Sequence record: SRR31156797_886
Length of the DNA stretch: 63,708 nt
Reading direction: 5' to 3' (one strand)
This document shows, piece after piece, positions 10,140-19,465 of this stretch (positions are counted from its first letter, which is position 1; every line of letters begins with the position of its first letter). The translations under genes and the position numbers were made by a program. The notes beneath the pieces are model-generated. The model searched no databases, was not told the DNA's origin, and saw only the letters and a program-made list of their open reading frames with translations.

Positions 10140-11897
10140 TTATTCCTCTTCAAATTGTCTCAAATTCCATTCAATAGAGAATTCACGGTCAACCTCCTTC
10201 TCTTTTTCGAACAACTGGCCTGAACTATTCATATAATAAATCTCATCCAGCAGTTCAATTTTAACCAGATCATTATTGTGAGGTGTAAGTTTAAATTTTC
10301 CTTCCTCAATTTTACCCTGCCAGGATTCTGATTCACCTTTCACAATTTTTTTGGAATAGCCGTACTGTATTTTACCTTCCTGAACCACCCTGACAAAATG
10401 AAGATATACTCCACTTTCATGACCATGTGATCCTGTTTGCTCAACCTGATGAGGTGATTCAGCAAAAAATTCCTTGGTAAAAAGATACGATGTTACATCG
10501 TATTCATCATTCAGATCAATGGTAATTTCGGTAGTTGTATCATTGAAATTCAGGATACCGCTTTCTTCCTGCAGAATATATGCACCTGCACCAGCCAGAT
10601 ATCCAATCAATGCCAAAAGACTGATTTTTTTCAGATACCAAATGAAATCGATCTTTTCCATGCCCATCACAGCCACACCGGCAGCAGAGCCAATGATGAG
10701 GATACTTCCACCCGTTCCGGCACAATAGGCCAGGAATTCCCAGAAATAATGATCAGGCGGATAATTGTACATGCCCATGGCGGCAGCAACAAGCGGCACA
10801 TTATCTACAATGGAGGATAATACACCTATAATAATGTTGATGACATAAAGATTTCCGACGTTTTCACGCAGAAAATCAGCCAGTAAAATCAGATGGCCTG
10901 CAGTTTGCAACGCAGCAACGGCAGTAAGGATTCCAAGGAAAAACAGCACGCTTGGCACATCTACTTTCCTTAAAACACCAACAACTGACAAGTAGGTTTT
11001 GTGTGTTTCGTTTTTGGACTTATGAATGATCTCGGTAACCACCCACAACAAACCAAGACCCCACAGCATGCCTAAATATGGGGGCAGATGCGTAACTGTT
11101 TTAAATACAGGAACAAACAACAATGAAAATACACCGAGGAAGAAAATCAGGTTCCGCTCAAATCCGGTTGTTGGATCGGCGCCATTTTCAAGTTCTCCTG
11201 CTGAATCAACATCGGGAGTACGAACATTCCCTTTCATTGTAAAGGATAAGATTGCCAGTGGAACGATCATGGACACAAAGCTTGGGAAAATATCTTTAAT
11301 GATGATATTTACAGTAGTAACATCACCGGCAATCCAAAGCATGATGGTAGTAACGTCACCAATCGGCGACCAGGCGCCTCCGGAATTTGCGGCAACAATG
11401 ATCATCCCGGCAAAGAACCACCTGTCTGCCTTATCGGCGATGAGTTTCCTCAGCAAGGCGGTCATAACAATGGATGTTGTAAGGTTATCAAGTGCTGCCG
11501 ACATGAAGAACGTAAGTATACTCAACACCCAAAGCAACTTTACCTTTTGGGTAGTTTTGATCTTATCGGTGATGATCCTGAAGCCTTCATGAGAGTCAAC
11601 AAGTTCAACAATCGTCATTGCACCGAGAAGGAAGAAAATAATTTCTGAGATTTCACCCAGATGGTGCCGCAGGGCTGAATGCGAAATCCAGCTTGAAAAT
11701 GTCCCACCAATAACCTGGTTCAGATACTCTTTAAAGTGCGAAGTGTCGATCAGCATACTTTCTCCGCCAAGTATGAGAAATACCCAGAGCAATACGCCAA
11801 GCATAAGTGCTGTGGCTGATTTATTTACTTTGAGTGGATGTTCCAGAGCAATTGCTGTATAACCCAGAACAAATACAACTACCATTAATATGAACAT
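10140..11897 (-). CDS. nhaD: NhaD-family Na+/H+ antiporter with ~140-aa C-terminal extension
   Basis: IALEHPLKVNKSA, FFLLGAMTIVELVD, LDNLT, ANSGGAWSPIGDVTT, SSIVDNVPLVAA, GTGGSILIIGSAAGV. Start at M37 (11897), supported by a -7 box at 11925-11932. Confidence 0.88.
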   Translation of the reverse strand: MFILMVVVFVLGYTAIALEHPLKVNKSATALMLGVLLWVFLILGGESMLIDTSHFKEYLNQVIGGTFSSWISHSALRHHLGEISEIIFFLLGAMTIVELVDSHEGFRIITDKIKTTQKVKLLWVLSILTFFMSAALDNLTTSIVMTALLRKLIADKADRWFFAGMIIVAANSGGAWSPIGDVTTIMLWIAGDVTTVNIIIKDIFPSFVSMIVPLAILSFTMKGNVRTPDVDSAGELENGADPTTGFERNLIFFLGVFSLLFVPVFKTVTHLPPYLGMLWGLGLLWVVTEIIHKSKNETHKTYLSVVGVLRKVDVPSVLFFLGILTAVAALQTAGHLILLADFLRENVGNLYVINIIIGVLSSIVDNVPLVAAAMGMYNYPPDHYFWEFLAYCAGTGGSILIIGSAAGVAVMGMEKIDFIWYLKKISLLALIGYLAGAGAYILQEESGILNFNDTTTEITIDLNDEYDVTSYLFTKEFFAESPHQVEQTGSHGHESGVYLHFVRVVQEGKIQYGYSKKIVKGESESWQGKIEEGKFKLTPHNNDLVKIELLDEIYYMNSSGQLFEKEKEVDREFSIEWNLRQFEEE

Positions 11898-11924
11898 GAG
11901 AGATAACGTTTTTGAATTTGCGTG

Positions 11925-11932
11925 CAAAGCTA
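11925..11932 (-). promoter_or_regulatory. Bacteroidota sigma-A -7 box (TAGCTTTG) for nhaD
   Basis: Matches TAnnTTTG on the minus strand 28 nt upstream of ATG 11897. Confidence 0.55.
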
Positions 11933-12244
11933 TAAAAGTTTCGATCTGGTTGACCTGCACTGTTTTGTGGGAAACTTTCAGAAAGAAATTAACGGGAAAT
12001 ATCAACCTGACCTTTTTAGATGTTAAAATGCATTAACAAATTCAAAATGTCTGCTTATTCACATTGAAATCAAAGATTTAGCAAAATTTGAAGGAATTCA
12101 AATCAAACCGTCAACATTTGAAAAACATGACTTAGATCATGCTTTTAGGTGAGGCATTATGAATAGAAATTTATCTAAATTGAATAAAATGCCTCACAGC
12201 AGAATTGGATGGGATGAAAATTCATAGACACAAACTGTTTTGAA

Positions 12245-13474
12245 TCAGGGAGAGACTACCTGCCCCAAAAACATGAGCGTATTGGTGGTTCTTTCGCGAA
12301 TGGCGAAGATAAATGGCTTGTCAATTCTGAAGGCTGGAGGAGGATCACCAATTGAAGTTAACTCAATGCCAATGGTGGTAACTGCAGCAGCCTCGGTACC
12401 ATCTTCGTTAACATCAACAAAGGTGTTTTGCTTCACAAAACTCACAAAAAGTGAAATATCAGAAATACCTGAGAGATCAGCCAGAATGGGATCAAAGGCA
12501 TCTATCATTCCCAAAAGTTGCAGTTGGTCATTGAGGAATTTCTCGTATTCAAAAGTAAAACGTGGCATCGACACATCAACATCCATCTCGGGCTCACCGG
12601 AGAGCGTTGTCATGATTTCAGCCCATGTTTCACCATCGACCTGCTGGTTAAATTCATCGAGACTATTGGTTGGAACAATCAGGACCATCGAAAAATTCTT
12701 TCTTCCATATGTTAATTCCAAAACATTAAATTCCTCAGATTCATACATTCGAGAAGGGATTTCTCCATGCATAAAGGGTACATTGGCGGAACCACCATCA
12801 TCAAAATTAAATGCCTCATCGTTGATATCTTCAGGGTCGAATTTTTGACTCCATGATCCCTTAAAATAAAGGGCATTCATCAGGAACATCACCGCATCCC
12901 CCGAAATTTCGTTGAGGACCTGTGGGATTTTCCCGTTGGTGTTATCGCTGGCCCAACCGTTGATGGTTTCTAAAGCTTCGGGTGCTGCAAAATTCAACCC
13001 TTCGATGTGTGCATCAAATTCATTTTGCATGGCATCGATGTATGTAGGTTTTACATCAAAACCATTCCTGTAAAAAACCCCATTTGCCAGTCCAAGCTGG
13101 ACCTCCTGATCTGCTTCAAGCAATTGATTGAACAGTGAATTGTATGTATCATTTATTTCTTCCAGGGAAAAATCTGCATAACCCAGCATTTCTTTGATCT
13201 GTTGCCGTGTATCTCCATCGCAACCATTAAGCAACATGGTTAGCGCAGCAGAGGCTGAAAGTGGTGAAATCATCAGGTTTTCTCCTGCATCATCAATTGC
13301 TACAGCCTTATACAGATCAATGCCAAAATGGTTGTTTTTCTGGATGATTTCAGCAGATTTAGCTTTGAGTTCAATGGGTTTGGGGTGTTTTTCGGCGGGG
13401 GTTGGATTGTCTTTTTTGCAACTGCCAACCAGCATTAAAAACAAGATACTGAGCAAGTAGAGGTCTGGTTTCAT
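12245..13474 (-). CDS. Serpin-family lipoprotein (probable inhibitory serpin)
   Basis: Lipobox VGSC; NLMISPLS, NALYFKGSW, hinge EDGTEAAAVT, reactive loop IGIELTS, FRIDKPFIFAIRE...LFLGQV. Confidence 0.92.
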   Translation of the reverse strand: MKPDLYLLSILFLMLVGSCKKDNPTPAEKHPKPIELKAKSAEIIQKNNHFGIDLYKAVAIDDAGENLMISPLSASAALTMLLNGCDGDTRQQIKEMLGYADFSLEEINDTYNSLFNQLLEADQEVQLGLANGVFYRNGFDVKPTYIDAMQNEFDAHIEGLNFAAPEALETINGWASDNTNGKIPQVLNEISGDAVMFLMNALYFKGSWSQKFDPEDINDEAFNFDDGGSANVPFMHGEIPSRMYESEEFNVLELTYGRKNFSMVLIVPTNSLDEFNQQVDGETWAEIMTTLSGEPEMDVDVSMPRFTFEYEKFLNDQLQLLGMIDAFDPILADLSGISDISLFVSFVKQNTFVDVNEDGTEAAAVTTIGIELTSIGDPPPAFRIDKPFIFAIRERTTNTLMFLGQVVSP

Positions 13475-13651
13475 GAAACTGTTAATTTGACAAGGTTTTT
13501 AAAGGCAAAAACTAAGCAATTCCAATGCCAGGTTGATCTAATCAATAAAAATTTCACCTTAAAGTTTTCGGGAAACAATTTTTTTTAGCAAATTTGTTAT
13601 CTGATGTAAAAATCAATTAAATCCTATTTTTTAAAACAAAAGGATACGCGT

Positions 13652-15526
13652 ATGAAAAAAAACATTCCCACAATCGTAATTGCAACTTTTTTGACCTTAA
13701 TTCCAATTTTATCATTCGCTTTTAAACCCCCATTTAAATTTGGCAAAGTAGAAATGGCCGAGTTGAATATGACTTCATGGGAAGGAGATACAACAATTCC
13801 GGCAGTAATCCTGTATGACTATGGTTATTTCAATGGTTCAAATTACACATTTACCCGAACCACAAGAATCAAGATTTTAAAAAAGGAAGGCGTAAAATAT
13901 GGAAGCAGAAAGATACAGACAAACTATAAATCAAATATCCGGGCAAAAGTTTTTAATCTAGAAGACGGAAAAATTGTGAATGAAAAGCTGAAGAGCAAGG
14001 ATATTTACCGTGAAGAACTGAGTGAATATGGACCATACGTATTGAATTTCGCCCTCCAGAATGTAAAGGTTGGATCTGTAATTGACATAGAGTATAGCCA
14101 CAGTTGGCTCCCATCAAGTTGGTATTTTCAGCGGGAAATCCCTGTTCAATGGAGCGAATTGATCCTGGAGCCAACAGTATATATCGATTTCAGGAAGAAG
14201 TTTTTTGGGTTAGAAAATCTAGACGTGATCGAGGATATCAGATGGATTGCAAAGGATGTTCCTGCATTTAAGTCTGAACCCAAAATCAACTCTTTCGAAA
14301 ATTATATTTTGAAAGTGGAGTTTGATATATTAAAAATTCATGCCGGAACTTTTATTGAATCATTTACCACAAACTGGGAAGACTTCAGCGATTTCATATT
14401 AGATCATGATTACCTTGGAGACGAATTAGCTGGTTCAGCATTTCTACGTCAGACGGCTAAAGAGATAGAGAGTACTTATCAGACAGACATTGAGCGATTA
14501 AAAGCAGCATTCGATGCTGTGAAACGTGTGAAATGGGATGGATTACACAGTTACAGGATTTATACGAGGGAATTAAAATTTTCATGGAATGACGAAATTG
14601 GAAATTCAGCTGAAGTCAATATGATCCTGTGCGAATTGTTGGAACGCCTGAATATAGAGTGCAAACCCGTGGTGCTGAGTACTCGTGATAATGGAATGAT
14701 TTCAGTTTCCTATCCATCATTCAACCGGATCAACCATGTAATTGTGTATGCAAAAGCCGAAGAACAATCATTTTTACTGGATGCAACCGAGACCTATGCA
14801 CCCCATAATTTACTGGCAAAGAAATGCCTGAACTACCAGGGTCGTACTGTTGACAGGGATCATTCAGAATGGGTTAACCTTGTCCCCGGCAAAAAATTTA
14901 AGACACTGGCCTATTGTAATCTTTCATTTTCCGGGAAAAATAAAGTTACCGGTCAAATGAGTTATCTGTATGAAGATTATGCCGCACTGGATTTCAGAAA
15001 AAATTATTCTTCATTCAACAGCAAAGAAAGCTTTATTAAGGATTTCTACGCCGATAAACCGGGATTAAAAATTCAGAATTACGAAATCAATCATTTAGAT
15101 GATTTAACCCAGCCTGTAGAATTTATTTGTGAAGCCGAAACCAAAGACAATATTGATAATCTTGGAGAAGAAATTTTCATATATCCATTGCTTTACGAAC
15201 GAACAATGGAAAACCCATTTAAACTTGATGAAAGAAAATACCCGGTTGACCTTGCTTATCAAACCGAGAAAACTGTAATCATAAACCTCACCCTTCCGGA
15301 TAACATGGAATTTGTGGAATTACCGGAACCGGTACTCGTTCAACTCCCGGATAATGGAGGATCTTTTTCGTTTAAATATAAAGTGAACGGTAATAAATTG
15401 AACATTAACTACTCACAGCAAATCAATAAAATAGTTTTTTCGGTTGACGAATACCCATACCTGCAGGAATTCTGGAATCAGATTGTTAACATAGGCGCTC
15501 AACCTGTGATAGTAAAATACCAGTAA
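13652..15526 (+). CDS. DUF3857/transglutaminase-like secreted protein, catalytic Cys absent
   Basis: KFGKV, AVILYD, RIKIL, VKVGSVIDIEY, PAFKSEP, GNSAEVN, LSTRDNG, NHVIV, LLDAT, NPFKLDERKYPVD. Confidence 0.8.
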   Translation: MKKNIPTIVIATFLTLIPILSFAFKPPFKFGKVEMAELNMTSWEGDTTIPAVILYDYGYFNGSNYTFTRTTRIKILKKEGVKYGSRKIQTNYKSNIRAKVFNLEDGKIVNEKLKSKDIYREELSEYGPYVLNFALQNVKVGSVIDIEYSHSWLPSSWYFQREIPVQWSELILEPTVYIDFRKKFFGLENLDVIEDIRWIAKDVPAFKSEPKINSFENYILKVEFDILKIHAGTFIESFTTNWEDFSDFILDHDYLGDELAGSAFLRQTAKEIESTYQTDIERLKAAFDAVKRVKWDGLHSYRIYTRELKFSWNDEIGNSAEVNMILCELLERLNIECKPVVLSTRDNGMISVSYPSFNRINHVIVYAKAEEQSFLLDATETYAPHNLLAKKCLNYQGRTVDRDHSEWVNLVPGKKFKTLAYCNLSFSGKNKVTGQMSYLYEDYAALDFRKNYSSFNSKESFIKDFYADKPGLKIQNYEINHLDDLTQPVEFICEAETKDNIDNLGEEIFIYPLLYERTMENPFKLDERKYPVDLAYQTEKTVIINLTLPDNMEFVELPEPVLVQLPDNGGSFSFKYKVNGNKLNINYSQQINKIVFSVDEYPYLQEFWNQIVNIGAQPVIVKYQ

Positions 15527-15576
15527 CATCTGTTGTGCATAACATCTCAAATTCAACAAACTTAAAAACTAAGTCA

Positions 15577-17487
15577 ATGAGAATCACCAGGTGGTCTATA
15601 CTAATTTTAATTCTACTGCAATTTCCTTCAATCAATCTAATTTCTCAAAATTACCCGTTAAATGAAGTCAGCAATAATTTGATTGATAATTCGAAAATTG
15701 TAATCAGATCATATACAAAAGAAATAGAGGTAAAAAGTAAAAAAGACGTAGTGGAAAAAACCAAACTTGTGTTAACCATCCTCAATGAAAATGGCCTTGA
15801 AGATGCTGATTTGGTGAGATTTTACAACAAGTTTATAACCATAAAAAAGTTAAAAGCTACCCTTTATGATAAAGAGGGCAGAAAGATTAAAACACTTGAT
15901 CGGGATCATTTTCGGGATTTCAGTGCAGTATCAAACAATTCGTTGTTCGAGGATTCAAGGGTAAAATACGTTGATTGCGATTACGCCACGACACCTTTTA
16001 CAATTGAATATAGTTGGGAAACAAATCATTCAGGCATCATTGGTTACAACGACTGGATGCCGGTATGGGATTATAACATCGCACTGGAAAAATCTGAATT
16101 GATCTTAATATCCGAAAATTTATTTGAAATCAGACATCTGGAAACCGGGGCTTTTAATTTTGAAAGCCAAAATACCGACAATAAAATTATTCGCAAGTGG
16201 ACACTTAACGATTTCCCGGCAATTGAAGAAGAAGTTTTTTCTCCCCCCAAAAAAATGATTTTTCCTGTGGTAAGAATCTCACCTGTAGAGTTTGAAATTG
16301 ATGATTATTCGGGTAATTTAAATACATGGGAAGAATTTGGCCTCTGGATAAAAAAATTGAATGACGATCAAAGTGAATTTAGCGATGATGCCAAAAATGA
16401 AATTTTGGCTCAAATCGATGGCATTTCAAACCGCAATGAGATTATTACCCACTTATACACCTACCTTCAAAACAAAACCAGGTATGTAAATATTTCGATT
16501 GGTATTGGAGGTTGGCAACCCCTTTCTCCACAATTGGTTCATGATAAATCCTATGGGGACTGTAAAGCACTAACACATTACATGAAAACAATATTAGATA
16601 TTGCCGGTATCAATTCATACTATACCATCATACGTGCGGGAAGCAATAGCATGCCCATAATTACGAACTTCCCATCAAATCAGTTTAATCATGCTATTTT
16701 ATGTGTCCCCATTGACGGCGATACAACATGGTTGGAATGCACCAATCCATATACACCACCCGGATATGTAAGTACATTTATTGATGACAGAGATGCCCTC
16801 TTGATTAATGAATCGGGTGGCCAACTGGTACATACTAGTTCAGGAAAAGCTGATTCTCATGTTAAGAAAAACATTAACATCGTTGAAATCACACAAGATT
16901 TGAATGGAATTATACAAACAGAACAATCCTATTCCGGTTATTTTTACGATAAAAATCAGATGCTTTTGCATGGAGATGCCGTGGATATTAAAAAGTACAT
17001 ATTTCAAAATATCCGAATATCAGATTTTAAGCTAATTGATTATTCAGTAGAGGAAAAAAGAGAGGTTCCGCCAATAATTTTAAAAAAACTAAACATTAAA
17101 AAAAATGATATCCTCGAAAATGTTGGTTCAAGATACATATTAGATCTTAATGTTTTAAAAGAAGTGGTAAGAAATAATTTTACCAATCCAAACAGATACG
17201 CTGACGTCCTGGTTAGAAGAAATCTAAACGAAATTGACAGTACTATCTTTATAATCCCGGAAAGTTTTGAAATTAGTTATATTCCTGAACCAGTCCTACT
17301 CAAATCAGAATTCGGCACCTTTGTAAGCGAAATTTCTGTTAATAATAATCAGATTCTACTATACCAAAAATTGTTTTTGAAAAAAGGATTGTATCCGGCA
17401 GATCAATTTCAGAACCTTTCTACATTTCTGGAAACTGTTTATGATCAACACAATCAAAAATGCATCCTAAAAGCAAAGTCCAGATAA
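15577..17487 (+). CDS. DUF3857/transglutaminase-like secreted protein with intact Cys-His dyad
   Basis: YLQNKTRYVNISIGIGGWQP, YGDCKAL, FNHAILCVP, WLECT. Start at M15 (15577). Confidence 0.85.
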   Translation: MRITRWSILILILLQFPSINLISQNYPLNEVSNNLIDNSKIVIRSYTKEIEVKSKKDVVEKTKLVLTILNENGLEDADLVRFYNKFITIKKLKATLYDKEGRKIKTLDRDHFRDFSAVSNNSLFEDSRVKYVDCDYATTPFTIEYSWETNHSGIIGYNDWMPVWDYNIALEKSELILISENLFEIRHLETGAFNFESQNTDNKIIRKWTLNDFPAIEEEVFSPPKKMIFPVVRISPVEFEIDDYSGNLNTWEEFGLWIKKLNDDQSEFSDDAKNEILAQIDGISNRNEIITHLYTYLQNKTRYVNISIGIGGWQPLSPQLVHDKSYGDCKALTHYMKTILDIAGINSYYTIIRAGSNSMPIITNFPSNQFNHAILCVPIDGDTTWLECTNPYTPPGYVSTFIDDRDALLINESGGQLVHTSSGKADSHVKKNINIVEITQDLNGIIQTEQSYSGYFYDKNQMLLHGDAVDIKKYIFQNIRISDFKLIDYSVEEKREVPPIILKKLNIKKNDILENVGSRYILDLNVLKEVVRNNFTNPNRYADVLVRRNLNEIDSTIFIIPESFEISYIPEPVLLKSEFGTFVSEISVNNNQILLYQKLFLKKGLYPADQFQNLSTFLETVYDQHNQKCILKAKSR

Positions 17488-17542
17488 TGTCGAAATCATA
17501 TTTTTTCTAGTAGAATTTAATGGTAACAAATTTCAGTGTAGA

Positions 17543-19306
17543 TTACTTCCTGATAATCCTGCAAACCGGATACCTCCCCACCCTATTATCGGCCCACTCG
17601 GTGTTGTTGTAAATGTAGCCCAGTTGTGCACGGTGGTTTTTAGCGAGTTCGGGATCGGATTTTACGGCTTCCTCAAATTGCTTCCTGAACTCAGGATGGT
17701 TCTCAAGGTATTTCTTGGCATTTTCCTCAAAACCGTATGAAGAATAATATTCCCTCCGCTCTAGAATGGGATCGAAAAAATTCCAACGGAAGAAGGAATC
17801 CGGTCCTTCCGGCTCCAGCATTTGCACAATGTAATGATTGGCTGCCTGGTTCACCGGAATCAGGTAGTCGCCGGCATAAAATGTAACAGGCTCAACAATT
17901 GTTTCAATTTTAAAATCCCTGTGATAGCGGTGCCAGTTGTACTGCCGGTTAACGGTGTTCACATCAGATATGTGATATTGCTCAACTTCGATGATGGTAT
18001 CATGGATAATAGGTATCATCTTTACCTGGTTATATTTCATCCTTTCCACCACTTCTTCCCAGGCCGAAGGCAAAACATAATATTTTGGCGCGGTGAGAAT
18101 TTTTTTAGGTAGGTGAAAATCATAAAACGGAACCATCGTATCGTACGGTTTTTCACGATTGTAGCCAAATCGTTCCAGGCCTGTAACCTTACTTACACCT
18201 CTTTCACCATCATAACCATTGAATTCAATCATCCGGAATTTTGTGGTATCCAGTGCCCATTCGGCAATAAATTCTTTCTGTTGGCGGGTTGATTCATTGG
18301 CCAGTTTTCTAAGCCGGTTAATTTCAGATGCGTTGTTATTGGAAAAGCTTACCAAAGCATTCAGGAAATGATACACCGATCGCACCCTGTCTGGGAAAGG
18401 TTTATAGATATGATTCTCAGTCATAAAACCCAGGGTATTAAAAAGGCCTGCATAACCGGTTGAAAAGCGGGGCTGTTGCGGATCTAGGGCAATGCCGTCT
18501 TTGGGAGATTCATTCATGTAGGTCACATAGGGAATTAACGTGTAGGGGGCGGAAGACATGAAATCATAAAGATAAGGCACCATTTGGTCGCGGTAAAAAT
18601 CACTGAGTGGTTGTGGAAATCCTTCGGGCTGGTATTCGATTAATGTAATGACATATTTATGATCGGATCCGTTGGTGGTGTGCGTATCCAGAAATGTATC
18701 CGGATTCCATTCCCGGAATATTTGTGTAAAGGCTTTGGCATTTTTGGTGTCCAGCTTCACAAAATCACGATTGAGATCAAGATTTTTTGCATTACCGCGA
18801 TGGCCGCATTCAACAGGCGTTGTTTGCCCCGTACGGTGAAAAGCACTCCGGTTCAGGCATCCGCCGACGTTATACACCGGAATGATACAAATAACACAGC
18901 TGTCCAGCAACGTAAACATGTTTTCGTGATTTCTTAGCACATCATATGCAAACCAAATGCTGGCATCAATGCCCTCAGGTTCGCCGGGATGAATCCCATT
19001 GTTGATCAGCACCACGCTTCTGCCTGAATTATTCACCGATTCAGGATCGAATTCGCCGTCTTTCGACATCACAAAAAGGTGCAAGGGTTTCCCGGCATCG
19101 GTAACTCCATAGCTCAGCAGTTTAGCTTCCGTGTAGTGATCGGCCAGTTTTTGATAATATTCGATGGCTTCGTAATAAGTGACTGTTTCGTTTTGATCGA
19201 AATTTAGTTCAATCATTGAATCGGTTTCAGCCCGTTTCATATCTTTCTGGCTGCATGCTGAAATCAGTATGAAAAACAGCAATGGTAAAGTAAATCTGTA
19301 GTTCAT
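17543..19306 (-). CDS. M14-family zinc carboxypeptidase lipoprotein
   Basis: Lipobox ISAC; NNGIHPGEPEG, NLDLNRDF, DTHTTNG. Start at M50 (19306), supported by a -7 box at 19327-19334. Confidence 0.88.
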   Translation of the reverse strand: MNYRFTLPLLFFILISACSQKDMKRAETDSMIELNFDQNETVTYYEAIEYYQKLADHYTEAKLLSYGVTDAGKPLHLFVMSKDGEFDPESVNNSGRSVVLINNGIHPGEPEGIDASIWFAYDVLRNHENMFTLLDSCVICIIPVYNVGGCLNRSAFHRTGQTTPVECGHRGNAKNLDLNRDFVKLDTKNAKAFTQIFREWNPDTFLDTHTTNGSDHKYVITLIEYQPEGFPQPLSDFYRDQMVPYLYDFMSSAPYTLIPYVTYMNESPKDGIALDPQQPRFSTGYAGLFNTLGFMTENHIYKPFPDRVRSVYHFLNALVSFSNNNASEINRLRKLANESTRQQKEFIAEWALDTTKFRMIEFNGYDGERGVSKVTGLERFGYNREKPYDTMVPFYDFHLPKKILTAPKYYVLPSAWEEVVERMKYNQVKMIPIIHDTIIEVEQYHISDVNTVNRQYNWHRYHRDFKIETIVEPVTFYAGDYLIPVNQAANHYIVQMLEPEGPDSFFRWNFFDPILERREYYSSYGFEENAKKYLENHPEFRKQFEEAVKSDPELAKNHRAQLGYIYNNTEWADNRVGRYPVCRIIRK

Positions 19307-19326
19307 TTTAAAAGTATTTGAATGAC

Positions 19327-19437
19327 CAAAAGTAAAATTTAATCCGTTGGCATCCGCCCAATGGTGTGTGGAATGATTTGATTTCGAATATTTAAAAAGA
19401 ATCCAAATTTCATGACTGCTTTTTTGATTTACATTTG
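19327..19437. promoter_or_regulatory. Divergent promoter pair for the M14 and C69 peptidases
   Basis: TACTTTTG on the minus strand (19327-19334) and TACATTTG on the plus strand (19430-19437), both matching TAnnTTTG. Confidence 0.6.
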
Positions 19438-19465
19438 TGGACTGACGAACCAAAATTTCAACACA

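Noticed and set aside
12149-12197. Inverted repeat GTGAGGCATT/AATGCCTCAC downstream of the serpin gene
   Set aside because: A single 10-bp stem with a long loop; plausible as a transcript-end structure, with nothing further to support a distinct element.
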